44,073 nucleotides of DNA from Acutalibacteraceae bacterium. Lineage in GTDB: Bacteria > Bacillota > Clostridia > Oscillospirales > Acutalibacteraceae. The translations under genes and the position numbers were made by a program. The notes below the pieces were generated by a model, which did not search any database, had not been told where the DNA came from, and saw only the letters and a list, made by a program, of their open reading frames with translations. This document shows positions 35,421-42,821 of the stretch, piece after piece. Each line of letters opens with the position of its first letter. The first letter of the stretch is position 1. The stretch lies in the NCBI GenBank assembly GCA_045661365.1, contig JAZRFL010000028.1, forward strand, positions 1 to 44,073, given 5' to 3'.

Positions 35421-37254
35421 CGAAGAAGATGACTATGCCAACGGGGACAGCAACTATTATCAATATGTGGCTTTAAGCCCTACTGAAAAGTCAGACGGTG
35501 TAACTTATTACGGAGACCCCGTTACCTTTGCGCAAGCTTGGACTGCATGGGATGACGATTACGTGTATATTTACTTAAAAGTGTGGGACAACGAATTGGC
35601 TCAGTACAGTCCTAAACTGCACGAGGATTCGTCTTATGCAGACTCGTTGGAAATTTGGTTTGACCCCGATCCCGACAGCAGAACTCATGATTATATCTAT
35701 GACGAAAACGGCAATATCATTGACCACATCCTGAAGGAAGATGGTGTGACTGATGTTTATCTTCCGAATGATCCCTATCAAGATGCCGCACAAGGGGACG
35801 TGCATTTGCGGGTGCTCGCGTACGATATGGAGCGGACGTTTTATGAGGATATTGTAAAACCGAACTATGGTGACGTTACGTTTGGTCAATGGGTCAACGA
35901 TCCGCAAAACGTTTGCACCTTTACCTTTCAAGGGCAACCTATGGAAATTGAAGAGACCGGCTTGACCGTTACTTGCGGGTATGGGGTAGAAGCACGCTTC
36001 CCCCGCCGTGACGATCTTTCAAACAGTTACCAAATCCAGCTTGTCGCAAACAATTCTTCTGAAAACGAATGGGAAGAATATGCATTGACAACCGGCGAAG
36101 CATGGTGGATGCGTTACGACACCGCTTGGAGCGTAGACTATGTAGATAATGCCCCCTTCTTTAACCAAAGCGCCGCCCAATTGGCTACCAAAGGGGTCGT
36201 GTACACCGACTCTGAAATCAATGTAAATGGCCCTGCGGGTGCGGTGGTGAAAAAGATCAATGGGTTGCGTAACGTGACCGAAGCCGATAAAGAAAAGGTA
36301 ATGGCACTGAAAGCCGAATATGATGCGTTGACCGTGTTAGAGCAAGGATATGTGCAATACAAAAACTATGCTGTTTTGATAGAAGCTGTGAAAGCTGTAA
36401 ACGGCGGGGTGGTTCCTGTTGATCCCGATCAACAGGCTGCTGATGAGGTCGTAGCAAAAATTGATGCTTTAAATGTACGATCTTTAGACGATGAAGATGA
36501 TGTGGTTGCCGCACGTAGTGCCTATGATCATTTGACCGAGAAACAAAAGCCCTACGTATATAATCTTTATAAATTGGAACAAGCTGAAAAGCGAATTGCC
36601 GAGTTGCGTGCCCAAGCTGAAAAAGATGCTGCTGACAAGCAGGTCGCCCAATCGGTGATCGATCTGATCGACACTTTGCCCCAGCCGATCACGTTGGCAG
36701 ACAAAGACAAGGTGACCGCCGCGCGGGAAGCTTACGATGGATTGACCAAAGACCAAAAAGAGTGGGTGACCAACTATCCTGTATTGCGGGATGCCGAGCA
36801 AGCCATTACCGATTTGGAAAAGAGTGAAGCCGACAAACAAGCAGCCCTTGCGGTAGAAGGTATGATCGAGGCGATTCCTGTCGAGGTTACCTTAGACGTA
36901 AAAGAAATTGTAGACAGCGCACGATCTGCCTACAACGATTTGACCGACCTGCAAAAGACCTTGGTTGGCAATTACCAAAAATTGGTGGATGCCGAAAAAG
37001 TTATTGCCGATTTAGAAAACCCCGTCGTTCCGCCTGCTCCGCAAGTGGTTTACGGCGATATAGACGGAGACGGCAAGGTTACCGCCGCCGATGCGTTGGA
37101 AGTTTTGAAAAGCGTAGTTGGCAAGACCACCTTGACCGACGAACAATTCACCGCCGCTGACACCGACGGAAACGACAAAGCCGATGCCGCCGATGCTTTG
37201 AATATGCTGAAAAAAGTGGTTGGCAAGATCGATAAATTCCCCGTAGAAGACTAA
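35263..37254 (+). CDS. Secreted CBM9-like domain protein with three helical repeats and C-terminal dockerin (paralog 3)
   Basis: I used the start MKKIISIFLIMACL at 35263, after an AAAGGAGGA RBS. The ORF-track start at 35194 lies in the terminator/spacer. It has the same architecture as paralog 2. Confidence 0.88.
   Translation: MKKIISIFLIMACLATVLVLPATAATDPVIAIPAGRLEKKFVVDGNLDIWYLSEEDDYANGDSNYYQYVALSPTEKSDGVTYYGDPVTFAQAWTAWDDDYVYIYLKVWDNELAQYSPKLHEDSSYADSLEIWFDPDPDSRTHDYIYDENGNIIDHILKEDGVTDVYLPNDPYQDAAQGDVHLRVLAYDMERTFYEDIVKPNYGDVTFGQWVNDPQNVCTFTFQGQPMEIEETGLTVTCGYGVEARFPRRDDLSNSYQIQLVANNSSENEWEEYALTTGEAWWMRYDTAWSVDYVDNAPFFNQSAAQLATKGVVYTDSEINVNGPAGAVVKKINGLRNVTEADKEKVMALKAEYDALTVLEQGYVQYKNYAVLIEAVKAVNGGVVPVDPDQQAADEVVAKIDALNVRSLDDEDDVVAARSAYDHLTEKQKPYVYNLYKLEQAEKRIAELRAQAEKDAADKQVAQSVIDLIDTLPQPITLADKDKVTAAREAYDGLTKDQKEWVTNYPVLRDAEQAITDLEKSEADKQAALAVEGMIEAIPVEVTLDVKEIVDSARSAYNDLTDLQKTLVGNYQKLVDAEKVIADLENPVVPPAPQVVYGDIDGDGKVTAADALEVLKSVVGKTTLTDEQFTAADTDGNDKADAADALNMLKKVVGKIDKFPVED
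36421..37029 (+). repeat. Three tandem coding helical repeats (71+66+66 aa)
   Basis: Same consensus as 33339-34928. The last unit is nearly identical to the last unit of paralog 2. Confidence 0.85.
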
Positions 37255-37521
37255 GTTTATCTAAAAAAGCCGCCAAACTTGATTTGGCAACTTTTTGTGT
37301 GTTCGTTGGTTGATTTATTTAGGATCATATCCCCCAAAAAAACGCATATAAGGAGGAGTCTTTATGAAAAAAATCATTAGTATCTTTTTGATTGTGGCTT
37401 GCTTGGTAACCATGTTGGTTTTGCCTGTTACTGCCGCTACTGATTCGGTGATCGCCATTCCTGCCGACAAGTTGGAAAAGAAGTTTGTGGTAGATGGGAA
37501 TTTAGACATTTGGTATATGAA
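36811..37521 (+). repeat. Copy B of the near-identical segment
   Basis: See copy A at 34710-35420, offset 2101 nt. Confidence 0.9.
37263..37297 (+). terminator. Probable rho-independent terminator (degenerate copy of the one at 35162-35195)
   Basis: The GGCGGC arm is mutated to GGCAAC. An alternative stem GCCAAA/TTTGGC (37272-37277/37283-37288) is followed by CTTTTT. Confidence 0.5.
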
Positions 37522-38968
37522 TAACGATGATGCCGTTGCCGACGGAGATGCTAACTATTACCATTACATTGCACTTAGTCCTTATGCTAAAAGTGACGGT
37601 ACCTCTTATTATTCTGAACCCCAAACTGCCGCACAGGTTTGGACTGCGTGGGATGACCAATATGTGTATATTTACGTAAAAGTATGGGACGATGACGTGG
37701 TGGCCTACGACAAAAACGGCATTCACGCGGGTCGTAATTCTTCGGCTTGTGACTCTATTGAAATTTGGTTTGACCCAGACCCTAACAGCCAGACTCATAC
37801 CTTTGAGTATGACGAAAATGGCAATGTGGTTAAAGAAATTCCTCGTCCACCCAAGGGAACCATCAATAAAAACGATTATATGCTGGAATCGGAATACAAG
37901 CAAGCGGTAGAAGATTCGGGCGAGATCGAAGATCTGTTTTGCAATCAAACCAACGATGCCGACCAAGGGGACGTGCAGGTGCGTTGGATGGCAAAAGAAG
38001 ATTCGCTTACCGACTACCATAACATTGTCAATCCCAACTATGGTGGTGTTAAATTTGCCGATTGGGTGAAAAAACCCGAAAATTTCTGTACCTTTACCTT
38101 TCAAGATGAGCCGATCGTGGTGGATGAAACCGGCATAGAACTCACCTCCGGTTTTGGGGTAGAAGCTCGTTTCCCTCGTCATAACGACTTGTCCAATAAC
38201 TACCAATTGCACGTGGCGGTAAACAACTCCGGTGTAGAAATGTGGGAGTGGTATGCCTTGGCTACCGGTGGTGCATGGTGGATGAGTTACGATACCGCAT
38301 GGAAGGTCGGCTATGTGAAAAATGCCCCGTTCTTTAACCAAAGCGAAGAACAACTGGCTGCCAAAGGGGTCATGTATACCGACTCCAAAATCAATAAAAC
38401 AGGCCCTGCCGGTCAGGTGGTTGACAAAATTGCCGCTTTGGGAACCGTTACCATGGCCGATAAAGAAAAAGTGCTTGCCCTCAAGGCGGAATACGACTCC
38501 TTGACGGTTTTGGAAAAAGGGTATGTAGAATACAAGGGTGGCACACAAACGCTGGAAGCCGCTTTGCAGGTGATTTCCGATGGGGATAATGCCGCCGAAG
38601 CGGACAAACAAGCCGCCGAAGCTGTGGTTGCCTTGATTGACAAAATTCAAAGCAAAGATCCCGAAGCAATCGATGCCGCTCGCACGGCATATGATGCCTT
38701 GACCGACACTCAAAAACCCTTGGTAACCAATTTGGCAAAATTGGCGTTTTGGGAAAACCTAACCTACGGCGATCTGGACTCGGATAAAAAAGTTACCGCT
38801 GCCGATGCGCTGGAAGTGCTGAAAAGCGTGGTGGGCAAGGCGACTTTGACCGACGAACAATTCACTGCCGCCGACACCGACGGAAACGGCAAAGCCGATG
38901 CCGCCGATGCTTTGAATATTCTGAAAAAAGTGGTTGGCAAGATCGACAAATTCCCGATAGAACAATAA
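37364..38968 (+). CDS. Secreted CBM9-like domain protein with one helical repeat and C-terminal dockerin (paralog 4)
   Basis: 534-aa ORF whose signal peptide is nearly identical to that of paralog 3. The CBM9-like signature carries an extra insertion of about 30 aa (PRPPKGTINKNDYMLESEYKQAVEDSGEIEDL). Dockerin: YGDLDSDKKVTAADALEVLKSVVG...DTDGNGKADAADALNILKKVVG. Confidence 0.88.
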   Translation: MKKIISIFLIVACLVTMLVLPVTAATDSVIAIPADKLEKKFVVDGNLDIWYMNNDDAVADGDANYYHYIALSPYAKSDGTSYYSEPQTAAQVWTAWDDQYVYIYVKVWDDDVVAYDKNGIHAGRNSSACDSIEIWFDPDPNSQTHTFEYDENGNVVKEIPRPPKGTINKNDYMLESEYKQAVEDSGEIEDLFCNQTNDADQGDVQVRWMAKEDSLTDYHNIVNPNYGGVKFADWVKKPENFCTFTFQDEPIVVDETGIELTSGFGVEARFPRHNDLSNNYQLHVAVNNSGVEMWEWYALATGGAWWMSYDTAWKVGYVKNAPFFNQSEEQLAAKGVMYTDSKINKTGPAGQVVDKIAALGTVTMADKEKVLALKAEYDSLTVLEKGYVEYKGGTQTLEAALQVISDGDNAAEADKQAAEAVVALIDKIQSKDPEAIDAARTAYDALTDTQKPLVTNLAKLAFWENLTYGDLDSDKKVTAADALEVLKSVVGKATLTDEQFTAADTDGNGKADAADALNILKKVVGKIDKFPIEQ

Positions 38969-38982
38969 AACAACCGTGCATG

Positions 38983-39012
38983 AAGCGGATTGCTGTTGGC
39001 AATCCGCTTTTT
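38983..39012 (+). terminator. Rho-independent terminator
   Basis: 11-bp stem AAGCGGATTGC/GCAATCCGCTT with loop TGTTG, followed by TTT. Confidence 0.8.
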
Positions 39013-39013
39013 G

Positions 39014-39042
39014 TTGCATTGGTAGAGAAAAGATGATATAAT
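39014..39042 (+). promoter_or_regulatory. SigA promoter TTGCAT-N17-TATAAT
   Basis: TTGCAT at 39014-39019, a 17-nt spacer, and TATAAT at 39037-39042. Confidence 0.65.
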
Positions 39043-39076
39043 CAACCAAAACAGAATCAGATAGGATGAGATTTTT

Positions 39077-40015
39077 ATGACCCCTTCGGCAGACCAACTG
39101 CGTGAACAATACCAAGCCACCGATCCGTTTTGGACGGATTGGGTATACGACTATACTCCAACGGTCGGTGAGTATTCTGTTGTGGTGATTCCCGACGTGC
39201 AAGAGCTGACTGCCATTTATCCCGAAAAACTCAACCGTTTAATGGATTGGATCGTAGCCAACAAGGAAAAAGAAAACATTCGGTTTGTTATTGACGTAGG
39301 GGACGTAACCTGGAACGGTCATGCTATGAATACCGAGGAATATGAAACAGCGGCCAAAGCGTTTCAAAAATTGCGATTGGCAGGGGTGGAATATTCGGTC
39401 TGTTACGGCAACCACGACTATACCCCGGGAGACGAAAGGGACACCCGCTTGTTTAATCAATATTTTCCTTGGTCGATCTTAAGCCGATTTGACTCCTACG
39501 GAGGTTCCATGTTGCCGAACAATTCCGAAAACACCTATTTTTGCTTCGAGGCAGAAGGAGAACGGTACATGGTGGTATCGTTGGAAATTTCTCCCCGACC
39601 ATCTACCGTAGCGTGGGCAGAGCGGGTGATTGCCGAACATCCCGACCACAAGACGATCGTTGTGACCCATCAATATTTAAGCAATCAGTACGGACAGTAC
39701 GCCCCCAACGGCCAAGCGCTTTGGCACGACCTGATTTGTCGGCATTCCAATATCATCATGGTGATCTGCGGACATGATCGCATGGCGCATGATCCCGGTT
39801 CTCTTAATTATAGGGTCGATCGGGGCGACCATGGCAATTTGGTGCATCAAATTATGGCGAATTCACAGGATGTGGACGGTACAAGAGGCGGCGTGGGATT
39901 GTTGTTGATGATGCGCTTTCATGACGGCGGGAAACGGGTAGATCTGAATTACTTTTCTCCCGTGCACGATTGCCTTGCTTTTAAAAAGCAAAATCAGTTT
40001 TCTGTTAGTTGGTGA
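39077..40015 (+). CDS. Calcineurin-like metallophosphoesterase
   Basis: VVIPDVQ, GDVTWNGH, YGNHD, VVTHQY and CGHDRM match the canonical MPE metal-ligand motif series. Confidence 0.85.
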   Translation: MTPSADQLREQYQATDPFWTDWVYDYTPTVGEYSVVVIPDVQELTAIYPEKLNRLMDWIVANKEKENIRFVIDVGDVTWNGHAMNTEEYETAAKAFQKLRLAGVEYSVCYGNHDYTPGDERDTRLFNQYFPWSILSRFDSYGGSMLPNNSENTYFCFEAEGERYMVVSLEISPRPSTVAWAERVIAEHPDHKTIVVTHQYLSNQYGQYAPNGQALWHDLICRHSNIIMVICGHDRMAHDPGSLNYRVDRGDHGNLVHQIMANSQDVDGTRGGVGLLLMMRFHDGGKRVDLNYFSPVHDCLAFKKQNQFSVSW

Positions 40016-40121
40016 ATCTACCGCCCGCAAAGAAACTCATTTCGGACGGTGTGGTGTCGACAGAAACAGAAGGTACGCTTTTGTTTCTTGTTGAAAATCA
40101 CCGATTTTTCGCCAAAGGTTA

Positions 40122-40150
40122 TTGATTTCCCGTGGACGAAATGGTATACT
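40122..40150 (+). promoter_or_regulatory. SigA promoter TTGATT-N17-TGgTATACT
   Basis: TTGATT at 40122-40127, a 17-nt spacer, and TATACT at 40145-40150. The hexamers match those at 72-100 and 41690-41718. Confidence 0.6.
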
Positions 40151-40202
40151 GAACTGTATATTACATGCGGTGGAAAGCACATCACCGCAAAAGGAGTAAT
40201 CT

Positions 40203-41216
40203 ATGTACAACCAACGACCCCCTGTTCCCTATTATGCGCAAGCGCCCATTGACCCGGTGTTACAACAGCAACAGCGGGCATATAAAAAGCGTTTGTTTGG
40301 CGTCGGTAATCGCTTGGGCGCCGGTTTGCTGTTTTTGCTTGTGATCGGTCAAGTGGTAGTTGCGATCCTTGAAAACGTGTCGGAACAAGTGTTTCCCGGA
40401 ATTGTCAACAGTGGCTTTTTTTACTCCACGATCGAGTACGTGGTTTATGCTACCGTTAGTATGGGATTGGCATTTTTTCTGGTGGCATTGATGGGTCGAC
40501 AGTCGATTTTTTCATTGATTCCCTTTGAAAAATGCTCGTTTCTTTTGGGCTTTTCCTGTGTTATGTTTGCCTTTGCAGGTATTTGGGTAGGCAACTTTGT
40601 TGCAGGGGTCATTTCTTCCCTGTTGCCGCAGGTAGAAGAGAGTTATCAATTGGTTGCGGGACCTCAACCCAACACCTATTTGCAGTTGGCGCTGGATCTG
40701 TTGCAAACTGCCGCCATTCCTGCTTTGGCAGAGGAATTTGCCTTCCGTGGGGTGGTTTTGGGAATATTACGCCCTTACGGTGACAAGTTTGCTATTATTA
40801 TTTCTTCGGTACTGTTTGCGGTGGTACACGGCAATTTTGTGCAAATTCCCTTTGCATTTTGTACCGGCGTTATGCTGGCGTATTGTGTGGTGCGTACCAA
40901 CAATTTATGGCCTGCTGTATTGGTGCATTTTATCAACAATGCTTACAGTGTGTTGGTTACGTTTTTTGCCGATGACTTGAGCACCTTTGCTACCTTTATT
41001 CTTGCCTATATGTGGTTGATATTTGGCGGGATCGGCGTCATGCTGCTGCTTGTAACCAAACAGGGCGTGTTTAGTGGTTTTCGCCCCTATGCGGGGTGTA
41101 TTACTCCTGCTAAACGAACATGTATGATCATATTCTCACCGGCATTTGTTGTATCGTGCTTGGTTTACCTTTGGACCGCGGTACAGTTGATTTTGAAAAC
41201 CATGGTGCCGTCATGA
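40203..41216 (+). CDS. CPBP-family (CAAX/Abi-like) intramembrane glutamic protease
   Basis: Multi-TM ORF with LAEEFAFRGV (EExxxR), FAVVHG (FxxxH) and HFINN (HxxxN) motifs. Confidence 0.85.
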   Translation: MYNQRPPVPYYAQAPIDPVLQQQQRAYKKRLFGVGNRLGAGLLFLLVIGQVVVAILENVSEQVFPGIVNSGFFYSTIEYVVYATVSMGLAFFLVALMGRQSIFSLIPFEKCSFLLGFSCVMFAFAGIWVGNFVAGVISSLLPQVEESYQLVAGPQPNTYLQLALDLLQTAAIPALAEEFAFRGVVLGILRPYGDKFAIIISSVLFAVVHGNFVQIPFAFCTGVMLAYCVVRTNNLWPAVLVHFINNAYSVLVTFFADDLSTFATFILAYMWLIFGGIGVMLLLVTKQGVFSGFRPYAGCITPAKRTCMIIFSPAFVVSCLVYLWTAVQLILKTMVPS

Positions 41217-41671
41217 TGGTGGATTATTACAACGACATTCCCTATATGCAACAAGCTCTGACCTTGGCAGAAGAAGCCGCAAAATCGGGCGATGTGCCGG
41301 TGGGCGCGGTGGTGGTCAAGGAGGGGGAGATCATAGGCATGGGGTACAACCGTCGCGAAGCAGACGGGCGTGCCTTGGCACATGCCGAATGCGAAGCCAT
41401 AGCCCAAGCTTGCCAAACGGTGGGCAGTTGGCGGTTGAGCGGATGTACGCTGTACGTTACCTTGGAACCCTGCGCCATGTGTGCCGGCGCTATTGTCAAT
41501 GCCCGTATTGATCGGGTGGTTTACGGTGCCGCCGACCCCAAAGCGGGGTGTGTTGGTTCAGTGATCAATTTGTTTGCTTTGGATTTAAATCATACACCAA
41601 AACTAACGGTAGGGGTGTTGGCAGAGCAATGCGGCAGAATTTTGTCGGATTTTTTTGCCAAACAGAGGTAA
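41213..41671 (+). CDS. tadA: tRNA-specific adenosine deaminase
   Basis: HAECEA and PCAMCAGA zinc-ligand motifs. I used the ATG at 41213, which overlaps the CPBP stop as ATGA. The ORF-track start at 41120 would overlap the CPBP gene by 97 nt. Confidence 0.9.
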   Translation: MMVDYYNDIPYMQQALTLAEEAAKSGDVPVGAVVVKEGEIIGMGYNRREADGRALAHAECEAIAQACQTVGSWRLSGCTLYVTLEPCAMCAGAIVNARIDRVVYGAADPKAGCVGSVINLFALDLNHTPKLTVGVLAEQCGRILSDFFAKQR

Positions 41672-41689
41672 GGAATGTACGAAAACCCC

Positions 41690-41718
41690 TTGATTTTACA
41701 ACTGAAATGTGATATACT
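41690..41718 (+). promoter_or_regulatory. SigA promoter TTGATT-N17-TATACT
   Basis: TTGATT at 41690-41695, a 17-nt spacer, and TATACT at 41713-41718. Confidence 0.6.
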
Positions 41719-41776
41719 GAATCGACTGAATGTGGCTTGATGGCAACATGGAATCTTGTGTGAAGGAGGGTGCCCG

Positions 41777-42598
41777 ATGCGACCGGCTCATTTAAAGCGT
41801 TCTTTGTTTGGTTTTAAACGCAAACAGGTGTTACAGTACATTGATCAACTGTGTATTGAATGTGACAAAAAGCTCAAAGACCAAGAGCAACAATATACCG
41901 GGAAAATGCAGGCGTTGACCGAAGAGTATGAATCCAAATTTTCCACGCAAGAGCATGCCATTGCTTTGCAGGTTGAAGCCAACAAGCATTTGGAAAGTCA
42001 GTTAAATGACATGGCCCTTTCTTTGGATGAAAAGTACGTTGCTTTGCAAAACGAGGTTACTCGTGCCGACGCCTTGGCCGAACAGGTTACTACACAAACC
42101 AAGCAGATCGAGCAATTGCAACAGCAATTGTTTGCCAACACCAAGTTGGAACAGACCGCATCTTTGCAATTGGGTGCCTGTTTGACTCAGTTGGCACAAA
42201 AGGACGAAGAACTCGCCGCACGAACCGCCGAGGTGGAGCGTTTGCAACAAATGATCGCCCAACTGGAACAACAGTTCGATTCTTTGCGGGGAGATGCCGA
42301 ACAAGACACCGCTATGGTCAATTGCTTAAATGTGTTGCATGGTCGCAACCGTGCTTTGGCACAAAAGGTAGCGCGATTGGAAGCTGAACTGGAGCATTCA
42401 CGTTCTACCGACGAAATTGACCAATATGTGAAAACGGTCAACCAAAAGCAGGAAGCGGTCAAATCCACCGAAACGTTGTTTTCGGCGGTACGCAAAGAAA
42501 TTCAAGATGCTTTGGCGTCTATTTCGCAAAAGATCGAAGATGGTGCGATTTCGCAAACCGAAGACGGCAACTACTTCGTGGATATGGCGACTTTATAA
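41777..42598 (+). CDS. DivIVA-like coiled-coil protein
   Basis: I used the start MRPAHLKRSLFGFKRKQVLQYIDQL at 41777, after a GAAGGAGGG RBS. A DivIVA-like N-terminal motif (F-GF-K..V..YI) is followed by about 230 aa of Q/E/L-rich heptad-type sequence. Confidence 0.65.
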   Translation: MRPAHLKRSLFGFKRKQVLQYIDQLCIECDKKLKDQEQQYTGKMQALTEEYESKFSTQEHAIALQVEANKHLESQLNDMALSLDEKYVALQNEVTRADALAEQVTTQTKQIEQLQQQLFANTKLEQTASLQLGACLTQLAQKDEELAARTAEVERLQQMIAQLEQQFDSLRGDAEQDTAMVNCLNVLHGRNRALAQKVARLEAELEHSRSTDEIDQYVKTVNQKQEAVKSTETLFSAVRKEIQDALASISQKIEDGAISQTEDGNYFVDMATL

Positions 42599-42635
42599 AC
42601 GTAACGTGGGCGACTGCTCACATACCCTTATTTTG

Positions 42636-42801
42636 CGGGGCAACCTCATATATTTCGGCGTGCGCATGCATGGGCCCTGGGCGACCGGGCGCTGTGAACC
42701 ATGTCAGGCGGGGAACCGAGCAGCATTAAGCGGTTTGCTTGGTGCGACGCAGTCAGTCTGTGCATGCGTGCTCCGAAGTGTATGAAGTGCTCCGTTTTTT
42801 T
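42636..42801 (+). ncRNA. ffs: Signal recognition particle RNA (single long hairpin, no Alu domain evident)
   Basis: GUGAACCAUGUCAGG-CGG-GGAA-CCG-AGCAGCAUUAAG at about 42695-42732 matches the conserved helix-8 GGAA tetraloop and AGCAGC motif of bacterial SRP RNA. The 5' arm CGGGGCAACCUCAUAUAUUUCGGCGUGCGCAUGCA pairs with the 3' arm UGCAUGCGUGCUCCGAAGUGUAUGAAGUGCUCCG. A U7 run at 42795-42801 follows. The gene sits in the conserved tadA...ffs-dnaX position. Ends are good to about 10 nt. Confidence 0.85.
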
Positions 42802-42821
42802 GTAGTCAAGGGGGAAATGAA

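Noticed and set aside
9567-39012. Mobile-element boundaries (integrase, transposase, tRNA attachment site, long terminal repeats) around the accessory regions.
   Set aside because: I found none by eye. The low-GC cassette and the 23-kb ABC/dockerin region are called accessory only from composition, content and synteny logic.
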